A stretch of 64,000 bases of DNA from the human T2T-CHM13v2.0 reference genome, Homo sapiens: assembly GCF_009914755.1 (NCBI RefSeq), contig NC_060944.1, one strand, 5' to 3'. Made by a program: the position numbers and the translations under genes. The notes beneath the pieces are model-generated. The model saw only the letters and a list, made by a program, of their open reading frames with translations, did no database searches and was not told where the DNA came from. Positions within the stretch are counted from its first letter, which is position 1. Every line of letters begins with the position of its first letter. This document shows positions 13,441-27,586 of this stretch, in pieces.

Positions 13441-14978
13441 GGTCACACCAGCTCTGGCAGGGCCAACAGTGTTGATCCAGAGAGGACACTTAGCCACTGC
13501 CCTAGAGGGGAGAAGGGCAGGATGGGAGTCCTAGGAAGCAGGGCGGAAGGTGCATGGGAAGGTGCCAGCCCTGCCCAGCTCCTCCTCTTCTTCCCTCCCC
13601 AACCTCTCCTCCCCTCCTTTCTTCCTCCTCCCCTTCTCTCCAGCTTAAAGCCTGGATCAAATAACTGTGGTGCAAAAAACCAATCCTACAGGCACATCCC
13701 TGGCCCTATAGGGGCACCCACTCCAAGGGACAGACCAAAGTCAGGGTATGAGTGCCCAGAAGGCAGCAGGAGCCGTGGCGAGCTGGCTGGGAATTCAGAG
13801 GGGCAGCCCCCATCACGGAAGGCTCCCCATGCCCAGCCTCATGCTGGGCCCTGGTTCAGAGCTGGCCCCATGCCCTGGGCCCATGCGGTCCCCTGGGCAG
13901 CCCAGGAGAGTGAAAGCTCTGACTCGCCGAGGGTGGTGGGAACTCCTCGTTGACAGGCAGGAAGTCAGTTTGTGAAATGTTAATGTGCTAATAGAGACAA
14001 GCAGTAGAAACTTTGCCAGGACACTGGGGATGGCCCTGAGACTCGTGACTTGGCAGTTCAGAGCAGAAGAGCCACAGCTCTAGAAAGCAGGTCAAGTGTC
14101 CACTGTCGTTCACTCATGTGGCCAGTTCTGGCCCCATCTTCCCATCTTGACATTTCAGAAGAGCCTTATCCCTCCTCTCTCTGGGCAGATGTGCAAAATA
14201 TGCAAAAATAAGTAAAGATGCTTTTGAAATGTATCTGCACATCCTCACAAAATGGACTGCATCTGTGTCCTGACCCCTGCATGTCCTCCAGGTTCAAGGT
14301 GCACATCCTGTACCCTTTGGAGATGCACTTTGCAATGCTGAGCTTCAAGGTGCATGGGGTGTCTCCACTCCCCCCCAGACCTCCTGCAAGGAGTGAGCTA
14401 AGCCATGGGGGTCCCGTGCAAGCAGCCCACCTTTCAAAGATGCACAGAAATGGGTCCTGTGTACTCTAAGCGTGGAACTTTGTTTCTTAGCTTTGTTTAA
14501 AGGCACTTTGGACACGTGTTCGTGGGGAAATCTTGGAATTCATCATGCTTGTCTGCAAGGGTCTCTGGGATGCTGAGCTCCCCAGGACGGAGAGCCGTCT
14601 CCTCTGCTTATGTAGCAGCACAGTTAACGGTGGATGTGCAGGTGTGAGGGGCCAAAGACTCCCCCAGAAAAGGACAGTCTGTGCTCCCACGCCAGCGCTG
14701 AGTGAGGACCTGGGGCAAGGGCTGCCCCCCACTGCCCTGCTGTATCATATGAGCCTCCGTTTCCCCATGTGAGCAGCGAGGGAGGGGGCTCCCCATGGGC
14801 CGCAGCACCACACCTGCCTTTCGTGATACCTCAAAATGGAAAGTTAGAAAGCAGCCCCTACGTGGCTACTGAGACCACTAGAAGCCCATCTGTGGCTTTA
14901 CCAGTGACACCTTCTCATCAACAAGGCGGGTGTGGGCATGGGACCCCCATGCTCAGCTTTCCCCGTGCAGTGGGCTGA

Positions 14979-15399
<421 letters not shown>

Positions 15400-15445
15400 C
15401 CATTGTCTATTCTTTAACAGAACACCTGGGACTGGGTATTCATGA

Positions 15446-16396
15446 TATTTTATTTTTTGTTTTATTTACCTTTTCTTATATATTTTTATTCCAGTAGCCT
15501 TAGGGATACAAGTGTTTTTTGGTGACATGGATGAATTGTACAGCGGTGAAGTCTGAGATTGTCATGTAGTGGACATTGTACCCAATAGGTAGTTTTTAAT
15601 CTCTCGCTACCCTCCCACACTCCCCTCTTCTGGGTCTTCAGTGTCCATTATACCACTCTCCATGACTTTGTGCTCCCTAGCTCAGCTCCCACTTACAAGT
15701 GAGGACATGGAATATTTGGTTTTCCATTCCTGAGTTACTTCACTTAGAATAATGGCCTCTAGTTCCATCCAAGTTGCCACACAAGATATTGTTTCATTCT
15801 TTTTATGGCTGAGTAGTATTTCATGACACATATATATGCTACATTTTCCTTATTTACTCATTGGCTGATGGGCACTTGGGTTGGTAACATGTCTTTGCAA
15901 TTGTGAATTGTGCTGTGATAAACATACAAGTGCAGTTGTCTTTTTGATGCGGTGACGTCTTTTCCATTGGGTAGATACCCAGTAGAGGGACTGCTGGATC
16001 AAATGGTAAATCTTCTTTTTAGTTCTTTAAGAAATCTCCATGCTGTTTTCCATAGAGGTTGTATTAATTTACATTCCCATCAGCAATGTGTGAGCATTTG
16101 CTTTCACCACATCCACGCCAACATCTATTGTTTTTTGACGTTTTGATAATGGCCATTCTGTCTAGGGAAAGGTAATATCTCTGTGGTTTTCCTTTGCATT
16201 TCCCTGATGATTAGTGATGCTGAGCATTCTTTCCTATATGTGTTGGTCATTTGTATATCTTCTTCTGAGAAGTGTCTATTCATGTCATTGGCTCACTTTT
16301 GATGGGATTGTTCCTTTTTTTCTTGCTGATTTGAGTTCTTTGTAAATTCTGCATATGAGTCCTTTGTTGGATGCAGAGTTTGCAAATATTTTCTCA
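15446..16396 (-). mobile_element. L1PB (L1PB3/4-like) 3' end, 5'-truncated
   Basis: gttttccattcctgagttacttcacttagaataatggcctc, gggtagatacccagtag, ccacatccacgccaacatctattg. Degenerate TSD gactgggtattcatg / gacaaggtaatttatg. Confidence 0.88.
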
Positions 16397-17139
16397 GACA
16401 AGGTAATTTATGGAGAAAAGTGTATTTGAGTGACAGTTCTGGAGGCTGGGAAGTCTAAGGCCATGGCTTTGGCACCTGGTGTGGGCCCTCCTGCTTCCTC
16501 ATACCATGAGGGAAGGCATCACATGGTGACCAGAGAGCTGACTCTTACAACAAAGCCACTCCTTCCATAACAAGCCCACTCCCAAGATAACAACATTAAT
16601 CCATTCACGAGGGCAGAGCCCTGATTAATCCATTCATGTGGGTAGAAGGATTAAGTTTCCAACTCAAACACATTCAAACCACAGCACCTTTTAAATTTGC
16701 CTCTAGGGACAGACATAGGTGGCTCCCTCTGGTCTGAGACCACCCAGCTTTGCCGGAGTCTGGGGACCCCTGAGACTGAAAGCCCTGGGATGTGACTCAG
16801 GTCTCAGAGCAAGGAGGTCAGCAGCCTCTTGGAAGTCACAGCAATGCTCATCTAACATGCAGCTTGCCGGCCCAGGTCCCATGCACTGGGCCAGGCCTGA
16901 GGGCCATAGCAGGAGCCAGCATTTCTAACATGCTCTCAGCAGGATTGGAGAGCCCCTGCGATTGGGTGGCCCCCTCAGAGACCCCACCTGATGCCACTTT
17001 GCCTGACAAAGTTCCACAGCCCCCTCTGGGCTTTCTTCGGCCAGACATGCCTGGCCACACTTCACCGTGGCTCCAGGCAGCAGCAGCCCCAGTGCCAGCT
17101 GGGGCTCTGGAGGTGGCTTCTTTTGCTGTCACTGTGCTC

Positions 17140-17483
17140 GGCTGGAGCTGTAAAGGGGCAGATGCTCCTCACCTGTGAGCCACCCCTTGGCTGGAGCTGT
17201 AAAGGGGTAGATGCTCCTCACCTGTGAGCCGCCCCTTGGCTGGAGCTATAAAGGGGCAGATGCTCCTCACCTGTGAGCCGCCCCTTGGCTGGAGCTATAA
17301 AGGGACAGATGCTCCTTCCCTGTGAGCCTCCCCTTGGCTGGACCTGTAAAGGGGTGGACACTCCTCACCCATGAGCTGCCTCTTGGCTGGACCTGTAAAG
17401 GGGTGGACGCTCCTCGCCTGTGAGCCTCCTCTTGGCTGGAGCTGTAAAGGGGTGGACGCTCATCACCTATGAGCTGCCTCTTG
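17140..17483. repeat. 49-bp minisatellite x7
   Basis: Unit GGCTGGAGCTGTAAAGGGGCAGATGCTCCTCACCTGTGAGCCGCCCCTT at 17140, 17189, 17238, 17287, 17336, 17385, 17434. Confidence 0.95.
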
Positions 17484-17682
17484 CCCTGAGCTGGGGCTTT
17501 GGGGGCAGGACCCAGCAGGAGGAAGTGTCCCATCCTCACTGGAGGTCTGAGTGCTGCTTTTCACCTGTCCACAGGCACCCACTAAGGTAATCCCCATGGG
17601 CTTGTCTACAGAATAGTGCAGGCTTGTGTCCCGCAAAGAAAGACTCACCAAAGCCCTTCGCTTCATCTAATAGCTGAGGTTG

Positions 17683-17989
<307 letters not shown>

Positions 17990-18497
17990 TCCAAGGTCCT
18001 TGATGTATAACTGACCTTGAGGCTGTGGAATGTGGTTCTTGGGCAGGCATTCACCAGGTAGAGGAAACCCTCTGCACCCTCGTCATGGCCCACTGGCTGC
18101 CAGTGCCAGCAGCTTCTTCCCATCCCTGCTCCTCAGCATGCTGGGCCATGAGCAGGGCAGGGCGTCAGGGCAGGGTGGCAGGAGCAGCTCCTCCTGCTTG
18201 GCAGAGATGAGTAAAGCACTCAACATGCACCAAGTCCCCCTTGACTTGTCCCCACTGCTGCTGCTGTCACAGGACAAAGGCAGGGGAGCGGGAGCAGCCC
18301 AGGACAGCCACAGGGCCATGAGCACCATGCCACCGGGAGCTAGTGACAACACAGGGTGGACAGGACAGAGAGTGGCCCAGTACTGGGCAGGACCAGCCAC
18401 AGACGCTGCTGCTCTCTGAGCACGGGGACTCTTTGCAGTGGCGCCCATCACTTGGGCAGCTGGAAGCACAGTTTCCCCCCACAGATATTTCATGGGG

Positions 18498-18838
18498 TTT
18501 TTTTGGTTTTTGGTTTTTGGTTTTTTGTCGTTGTTTTTTGTTTGTTTGTTTGTTTTTTTGAGATGGAGTCTCGCCCTGTCACCGAAGCTGGAGTGCAGTG
18601 GTGCGATCTTGGTTCACTGCAACCTCTGCATCCTGGGTTCAAGTGATTCTCCTGCCTCAGCCCCCTGAGTAGCTGGGATTACAGGCGCACACCACCACAC
18701 CTGGATAATTTTGAATTTTTCATAGAGGCAGGTTTTCACCATGTTGGTCAGGCTGGTCTCGAATTCCTGACCTTAAGGTGATCTGCCGGCCTCGGCCTCC
18801 CAACGTGCTGGGATGACAGGCGTGAGCCACCATGTCTG
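18498..18838 (-). mobile_element. Alu (AluS-type) with long T/G-rich tail
   Basis: tttgagatggagtctcgc...ggcgtgagccaccatg. Confidence 0.93.
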
Positions 18839-20750
18839 ATACTTGGTTTTAATAAGTGTGCATCACCGCCCTGCCCCCCGCCCCCAGCCCCCAGTGTGCT
18901 CAGGTAGCCGTGAACCAGGTGTTGGGCTAGTTTAGTGGAAGGGACTGACATGGAGACAGGAGAGTGGGCTCTGGCACTGTGAGGGAGGCCGAGGAGCCCA
19001 CCGCCTGAGGTCAAGTCCTGCCTGTGCCACAGAAGGCCCTGATGTCCCCTACAACCTCACACATCACATCCTCAGCACCCTACCAATGCTGGCCTCTGTG
19101 GGTAGCGTCCCCTGTGAAGGGATGCGGCCCTTTACTGTAGCCACGCTGACCTGGTCCCAGAGAAGGCAAGGGAGCACCCACACTGTGGGGGTGGGGCTGG
19201 TTAGGACCCACCCGGAAGACTGAGCCGCTGGGTCCTGCTGCCTTCCCCAGGGCAGGGTGAAGGGTGTATGCTGTCCAAGGGGCCCTGCCTTCCAGACCCC
19301 ACTCTGCCTCCAGGGGAAGCCCAAACCTGCCCTTCTCGGCATCCCTGCCTCTCCTGTAAGGCGCTGCCAAGCCACACTCGAGTCACTGTTCTTCCTGGAT
19401 CATGCCAAGGGTGGGAGCCTGGTCCCTCTGGGTGTTGAAGGAGATAATTCAGGTGTGATGAAAAGGAATGCTCCTCTCTGGCTCTGGACACACCCAACAC
19501 AGAAGGAGGCAGGTGCCTGCTAAGGCTGACGCTGGTTAGAGGCAGTGCCAGGACAGTGCCGTCCCATATCCCAGGCCGTGCTTCCCTTCCTGGAACAGGC
19601 CAACCTCGATCACAGCCAAGCACCACCTGCACAGGCTCACAGGGCAGAGCGCTGCAGGGGCTACCCGACTGGGTGTCCTAAGGTGAACAGAAGCCTTTCA
19701 ATGGGACATTAACTTGAACCGAAGCCAGAGGAGCCTGCATGACACTGTGTGAATTAGCTTACTCAACTGAAACAGGGCATTTGAGTGCAGGAGACACTAG
19801 GCTAACAGGCCACCCTACACCCCTGCACACACACACTCTCACCAGCTGCGGAGGAGGCTGCACCCACCATCCCGGGCTCCCAGCGACAGCTGGCTCTATC
19901 TTGGACTTCACTGTTCATGCTGTCAGGCTGGGGATGGAACTCTCTGTCTGCTGCTTGTTGGAGCTCTTCCAGCCCAGGGTGTTGGTTAGTGGGTGAAGCA
20001 GGGGTCTTCTCTCCTCGCCCTGCCCCCTGCCCTGCACCAGATGAAAGAGCACACTCAGCATCACGAGTGGCTCTAAGTGTGATGAGAGAAGGACCCTCCC
20101 TGGCCACACTCGTGCTAATAGGAAGTGCTGGCGAAAGCAAATGATCAAAATCGTATCCCAGCCTCTTCATGTCACCTGCAGCCAAATGGCTTTGCATCTG
20201 AAAGCCACACATAATTGTCAGCATCCATGGGTTCTAATCAGAGATTTTTTTTTTTTAAGTCTTGGTAGTTTTTGTTCATTGCTAATACAGAGAAGGATGC
20301 AAGCCACTGTTTAGTGTCTGGATGTAAAAGAACATTTCTGTGCCGTGTGGCCTCATTGCAGAATCTTCCAAGGTACGAGTCAGCCATGGAGGCCTGTGAG
20401 GTTTTTATTCCTTGCTTTCAAAAACACAAGCTGTTTTTCCCCTGGAAGAGCATGTAATGTGCAAAAACATTAGCAATATTGCAAAATGCTTGCGTGAAAT
20501 AACTGTGGAAATATTTCACTAACTACATTAACCTTCGCTGGCTTTTCTTCCCCTCCCAACCCAAAGAGAGATAATTTCTCGGGAGTCTTTATCTCGTTCC
20601 TCTGTATAATTGCCGCTTTAAATCACAAAAGCCTTTAGAGTTATGGATGCAAAACGCATGGAGCTATGTTTAGGCTGTGCTCACCTGCAAAGCTGTGCGA
20701 TCCAATGTCCCCCCAGAAGAGAAACCAAAGGAAGAGCGTGGGGAAAGCTG
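18500..20750 (-). ncRNA. Probable antisense intronic transcript (lncRNA with a hypothetical 140-aa ORF at 19802-20224); ends approximate
   Basis: Strong minus-strand donor GCAG|GTGAGC at 20685/20684. Candidate acceptors CTCTTCCAG|(20441) and CCTTCTCTGTATTAG|(20281). ATG-initiated ORF 20224-19802. A-rich Alu tail at ~18500 as a possible 3' end. I recall an annotated antisense gene in this part of CDH4 intron 2 but cannot verify it. Confidence 0.4.
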
Positions 20751-21411
20751 GTGTCTCTCTCGAGGTGTTTCCGAGCAGCCGTGTTAATATCGTACGACAA
20801 GATGGGGCCCTGTCTCTCGTCACTTCCTTTTGTTCTTTCCTTCTGAAGAGTGGATAATTCCTGGCAGTTTCTGTTTCGCTTGTAATTGTTTTTTAAATTA
20901 AGATAAACCTTGCAGCCCTGACTGTTGAGATGAAGGCGCGGCTGGTGGGGAAGCACCTTGCTTTTGTGAACAGCAGAAAAGGTGATAAGACATTGCGGTG
21001 TGCTCCCTCCCAGAGTTTAAGCACCGCAGTTACCACTTTGCACCATGCTCATGGGTGAGCGGGCGTCTTCCTTCTTGCAAGTTCCTCCCATGTCTCAGTA
21101 ACGGAGAAGGAGGCGGTAGTGGAGGGCAGTCGGCGGTGGGGGTTGGGGAGTGCCGCCTGCTGTTTGGCAGCATCGCCCGTGTGTCTGCAGGGCCCTCCTG
21201 CCTTCGGGTGGAGGGCATGTTCACGTAAGTTGACTCATGTTTTGGGCGAACGTTGGTGGTGAGAGGAGCTGAAGTCTCCCCATCTCTCAAGGATGCAGCA
21301 GCCAGGTTTAGTTCTGTGCTCTATGGGCCGCACCTCCTGGCCCCCCATCCTGCTCCGGATTCCACAGCTTGGTCTTGACTCACCAGGAAGCAGGGCAGCA
21401 ACTTGAGAGTG

Positions 21412-21698
21412 ATGCAGGGGACACGTGCAGGGGTGCAGAGTGTAGGGGTGCAGGGGTGCGAAGTGTAAGTGTGTAGGGGTGCAGGGATGCAAGATGTAGG
21501 GGTGCAGAGTGGAGGGGTGAAGGGGTGGAGAATGCAGGGGTGTAGGGGTGCAGGGATGCAGAGTGGAGGGGTACAGAGTGGAGGGGTATGGGGTGCAGAG
21601 TGTAGGGGTGCAGGGGTGCAGAGTACAGGGGTACAGAGTAGGGGTGTACAGTGCAGGGGTGCAGCATGCAGGGGTGCAGAGTGCATGGGTGCAGGGTG
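21412..21698. repeat. G-rich 8-bp-based repeat (GGGGTGCA / GAGTGTAG)n
   Basis: Many GGGG runs at regular spacing. Confidence 0.9.
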
Positions 21699-24600
21699 CC
21701 ATTCCTAAGCCATCGTCTTGTGTCTGTGTTCTGTGTATTTGCTTGCATGCTTTTCTCTCCAGCGTGATTTTCTGATCCGTGGATACACACAGGCTCCTCC
21801 CTATTCAGCTAAACCTCCCAGCTGCCTCTAAAAGCTGGGGATTGTAGGGGTCGGGGAGGCGTGTTCTCTCATTGTACCATCACATTGAATTGTCTCAAAC
21901 ACCCTGCCAGGTAGAGGTGGTTATTTCCCTTTGACATGAGACAGTAACCATTAGCTTGGTGGCTTCCCTTGGTCCAGTGAGTCATTAAACCTGACTTGTT
22001 GGCTACAGGCGAGTGCCTGGTGGTTTCTGGGCATTGTGCTTGGTCAGATCCGACGTTCCGAGGGTTCAGCTCTCCAAGGCCACACCATGTGTCCCCCCGG
22101 CTCCCTGCCCTGAGCTCCTCCCGAGGTAGCTTGCCACTCTTGCACCCTCCAGTAGCTCTAGCACAGAGTAGGAGCTAAGCGCACAGTGGGACTCAGTGAC
22201 CTGAAGCGGGAGGTGAATTGAATGCCTCCAGGATGAGTATGTCTCTTCTCAGCAGCCAGAAGGGTCCAGTCCAGAGGCTGCCCTTCACTGAGAGCATGCT
22301 TTGCTCTCTAAGGAAAGCCCAGAGCTTTCTTTCACCATCTTCTAATGTGCATCCAGCAGAAGCTGTAACTCACTAGAAATGGATGGAATTAAGGCCAGGC
22401 ATGGTTGGCCAGGCTGCTGGACAGTCCTCTCCAGAAGAGGAGCCCACCCCGGCCTGGAGGATGGACACCAGGGGCTCTCCCTCTGCCTCCAGCCCTCCTG
22501 CTTCTCAGTGTCTAAATCATCAGAAAAAAAATCATTTCTGGTGCATTGACCTTTCTGCAAATTATAATTTACACCCAAGGGTAAAATGTCATATAACTTT
22601 TATGCATTTAGCTGGGCTTTTTCACTGCTATCTTAAAAAACAATTCTTTATCAAGACTTCATGTCAGAATTGCACAGGGATAATTACCTCAGGAGAAACG
22701 CTTCATTTGCATAATGCACCATGCACATTTCCCCTTGGGGCAGTGTTTTTGAGGGCTGGTGATATGCTTCTCTGGAAGGGGGCATTGGTGAGGCTTGGGG
22801 ATCGGTCAAGGACCTCGTGAAGTATCAATCACCTCCAAACTGACTTCATTACCAGCTTTTTTCCCCAGCCACAAATTAAATCATCAGAGTGGATATTGGA
22901 TGGGCAGGAATCTTGACAAATTCCTGCAGGACCCGGCCCGCTGTGTGGCATCCCTTCCCTGGCTGTGGGAGGCTCCATGGCCCACACTCTCCATTGGCCC
23001 TTTCAGAGAAATGGGGTGTGCTGGAGAGTGGGGGCCCTGGGCTCTTTCCTGCTCAAGGACAGAAGACAGAAACCTCACAACCTCCACCTTCAGGCACCTC
23101 ACCGTCCAATGTGAGAGAAAGAACAAACTGAGATTGCACAGAGATTTAGGAAGCCTTTGCAGAGAAACATACAGACAAGCACGCCCCAGGCCAAGAAGAA
23201 ATGGCAGATTATTTTGGAAGTATCCATTAAAATTACTTCTTTAGATGCAGGACCTGCTTTGGGGTTTTTTTTTCTTTGTAAGTGACATTGTATTTATTGC
23301 AGAAAAGAAGCCATGGTTGGAAAGTCAGGACTATCTCTCAATGCTGTGGAAGGGCTGCTGATGAACAACAGAGACGACCTCTAGCCCAGCGTGCTGGTCA
23401 TGCCAGCCGCCGTCATCAGCACTCACTGCTACACACATGTTGACATATCCTTGGCACAGAGCCCACTCATCCTTCCAGAAGTGAGGAAGGATTTCACCTC
23501 CTCAGGCCTCTGAAGTTAGAGGCGACCACATGACTTGTCTTGGCCAATGAAATGGAAGCAGGACCCAGGTGCATCCCCCCAGGAGGGGCCTTACCAGGCT
23601 GTGTCTAATCCCTTGTGGCCAGTCTCTGCACTGGCCATCGTGGAAGCAGAAAAACAAGCCTCTTCCACTCTGTCCCAAGGACTCTGCAGGGCAGGGCGCC
23701 CCCCCACCCCCCACGCATGCACAGTGGACATGTCATGTGCATGGACCAGCATCACGCTCTGCTCTTTCAAGTGACAAGATCTGGGAGCAGTTTGGTACTC
23801 CTAACCCAGCCTGCACTGACAGATACACCCTGAATTTCCAACAATGCCTTTCATCCAAGGAAAGCAGAAATTTTGTGGGGGTCCCGTGATCACCTCCCCT
23901 CTAGGACTTCTCAGACCCTCTGATGTGCATTGAAAATTTCCAAGAAGAGAGAAGACGTTCCTGGGACGATGCTGTTGTGACCTGAGAGTATCCGCTGATT
24001 CTTTCCTCGTGCTCTTTAGAAACAGGATTTGGATCAGGAACGGCCACCACAGACATCCTGGGTCCTGCTTGCTTTGGACTGACCCCTGGCTGAGGAAGAG
24101 GACGCTGTAGAAGACATTAGAAAGTGGAATGGTGATTTTCCTTCTGCACAAGGGCAGACCTCACTCTTCATCACCGATCACCATGAGTCTGGTCATGTGT
24201 CCCCGACTCCCAGAGGATCAGAGTCCTTGTTTTTCCCGAAGAAGTCCTCAGCAATATCCTCACAAGGCTTCATGGAGCCCTGGTCAGCCTGGAGGGAAGT
24301 GGACCCTTGGTCTCAGTGGTGGCTGCTCCCCTGCCCAAGGGCAGCCTCACTGGGTGAGGAGCCCCTGCACCTCCTCCAGACCCCCGTCCTGGCTCCTCAG
24401 CACCGGGCAGGCCCCTCCCGGGGCCCTCTGAGCACCGTGCACCGTGGGGCAAGCAGTGCAGCCGCCGTTTAAATGAGTGGGTTCTGGCTCTGTCGTTTTC
24501 CTCCCCAGGGCCTGCAGCCTCCTCCGGGCTTGGCTTCCCTTTGCTCAAGGCAGGGTCGGCCTGGGCCCTGCTGAGGGACTGGGCATGACGGGCCCCTGAG

Positions 24601-24934
24601 ACCCTAGGAGCTTCCATCCTCACTTTACAGATACCCCAAGCACCTGGTCTTCTCGAGGGTTCCCTGAACAGCTCAAAAATGCGTGAGAAGTGAACGCATC
24701 TGGGACAAGAGGGCTGACAGGGAGAGGTTTCCTGGGCAGGGCTGTGCGGTGCAGAGAGAAGAGAAAATCTATTTGCATTTCCTGAGTTACTTCTTATTTA
24801 CTCTAGAAAACATAGTTGGCAGCCAACCAGAGTGTGTTTACAGAGGGATCTGGGCTGGGAAAATTCAGGGTCATCTTTGGATTCAGCCCTAGAAACCTGG
24901 AAGTGAACATGAGCCAGACGTGCAAGCGGCTGGC

Positions 24935-25228
24935 GGCTCCATGCAACAGGTGGGGTGGGTCCCCATGCAGGGGGCACAGGATGGAGGCTCCATGTGGCAG
25001 GGGGGTAGGTCCCCATGCAGGGGGCACAGGATGGAGGCTCCATGCGGCAGGGGGGTAGGTCCCCATGCAGGGGGCACAGGGTGGAGGCTCCATGCGGCAG
25101 GGCGGGTGGGTCCCCATGCAGGGGGCACAGGATGGAGGCTCCATGTGGCAGGGGGGTGGGTCCCCATGCAGGGGGCACAGGATGGAGGCTCCACGTGGCA
25201 GGCGGGGTGGGTCCCCATACAGGGGGCA
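24935..25228. repeat. 50-bp G-rich minisatellite x~5.8
   Basis: CCCCAT anchors at 24961, 25011, 25061, 25112, 25162, 25213. Confidence 0.95.
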
Positions 25229-25676
25229 GGCAGGGCACAGTTGGGTGGACCCAGCGGGCTCCTCACTGCCCTGCCCCTGCTTCAAGGCAGCATCCAGGCA
25301 CTTACCGTGCCAGCAGCAGGGCAGCCTCAGACAGGAGCCAGCATAGCCAGCGCCTGTGTTGTAGGTACCGCAGTTCAGAACCCCGTGTCCCGCCAAGACT
25401 CCCCATGAAGGCCCTCACTTAGAAAACTCTGGAATGTGTGAGCTGAGTACAGTGGGCTCAGTGAGAAAGCTCAGCCCTGCCCCCTGTACTCCCGTGGAGC
25501 CCAGAGGTATTTACCCAACCACAGCCTCAGAGACTGCAGTGTTGGCTCTACCAAAACAAAGGCCCTTCCAGACAGGAGAGGCAGCAGGAAGTGGAGAGAT
25601 GAGGGTGTCTCCTGCTGCACCTTCACCCCGACCCCGGGCTGTACTGTGGCCATCAGGGCTGTCCACTTGGGGGCAG

Positions 25677-26150
<474 letters not shown>

Positions 26151-27447
26151 TTTAAAAAGGTGGAGGAGTGAAGAGGAGCCTCTGTGGAGTCAGTGTGTTG
26201 ATGACACTCATGTACACATTTCCTCCACCCATTCCTCCTGCTTCAGGGACATCTGTGGCACCGTCCACCTGCACACACCGCAGCGTAGGAAGGGCCTTGC
26301 CCCGCACACACCTCCCCGAGCTGGTCATAGACAGTGCACACTGCACAGTACACACGCACATGCATAGGCACCTGCAGCTGGGAAGGGCCAGAGCCAGGAC
26401 CCAGGTCTGGTCTCTCTGCCTGGAGTTTCTTCCCCTGTGGCTTCGCGCTGCCTGGGAGCGGGGAGCACTGTTCCCAGTATCAACAGGAGCTGCCTTCCTG
26501 AAGCTCACCTAGGCCTCAGCTCTCTTTCTCTCAGATGTTTCTGAGAGCTTTGAGAGGAAAAGGAAATTGTGACTCCCTCCAGTCTGAATGGATGAAACTG
26601 CCACAGGAATGCTTTTTAAATACAGAAAACAAGAAACACCCCCAAATTGCACTTATGGGAAATGGAGTGCAAGCAGAAACCAACCCTGGACGCCCGTCAA
26701 GAGTCGCCCCAACCTCCACCTCTCCAGTGGGCTTTCCCATCTGCAGAGAGACACAAGGGGGGAGGAGGCCAGAGGTGAGGGAGGGGAAGGCGAGGAAGGG
26801 GAGGGCTGGGAGGGGAGGTGGCCTCTCAGGACAGCAAAGAGAGCTGTCTCTCCACCTGAGCCTTAATTGCAAGTGATTTCATTAGCTCAGTCCTGATGTG
26901 CAAGGCACTAATGAGGGAGGCTTGCGGCTCTAGAAATAGCCTGGCCGGTCCTGTGTCTTGTGTTTGAAAGGATCCACCCCAGGGCCTGGCTTCCCTGAGT
27001 CCCAGCTATCAGCTCCAACATCTTTCTCACCACGTCACATGGACAACGTTCAGATATGTGATGGGAGCTTTCAGAGACGACAGGAGCCAGCCCCCAGCCA
27101 CCACGACCAGGGCCCTGCAGTGGGGAGAGCATGGCATGGGGATAGTCTCGGGGGGGACTGTGGTGAACCCTCTCCACTCCTGCAGCAACAAGTGTGTCTG
27201 GGTACCCCCAGTGGCCCAGGGCTGATGCCACAGAAGAAACAGGAGCCGAAAAGCAGCTGGGAGCCGCCAGTGACCATTGGCACCAGCACAGGCCAGGTGC
27301 CTCATGGTGGAGTGAGTTATCCCATGAGCCAAGCCTGGGGTATTCTCTGAGGTGCCCTGCGGTGGTTTCTGCTTGGGAACCCCCTCCTCAACTGATACAT
27401 CTTGAAGGCAGAGACTGCATTTCGGAAATCAGGGTGTGCTGGGTGTT

Positions 27448-27580
27448 TATTTCTCAGTGTGTCCATATGTAAAATGGGGTGATAGTAGTCCCAGCCTAAG
27501 GGCATTGTGGGGACCTAGTGAGGTGCTCTGTGTCTCGAGTTTGGTACATTCCCAGGCATGTGGTATGGGCCAAGTAAGCA
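27448..27580 (+). mobile_element. MIR fragment
   Basis: ctcagtgtgtccatatgtaaaatggggtgatagtagtccc, the MIR core, running to the 3' end. Confidence 0.65.
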
Positions 27581-27586
27581 AGAACT

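Noticed and set aside
17140-17483. CRISPR-like array (also considered for 1656-1783 and 24935-25228)
   Set aside because: Head-to-tail tandem units with no unique spacers, no cas genes, and primate DNA. These are minisatellites.
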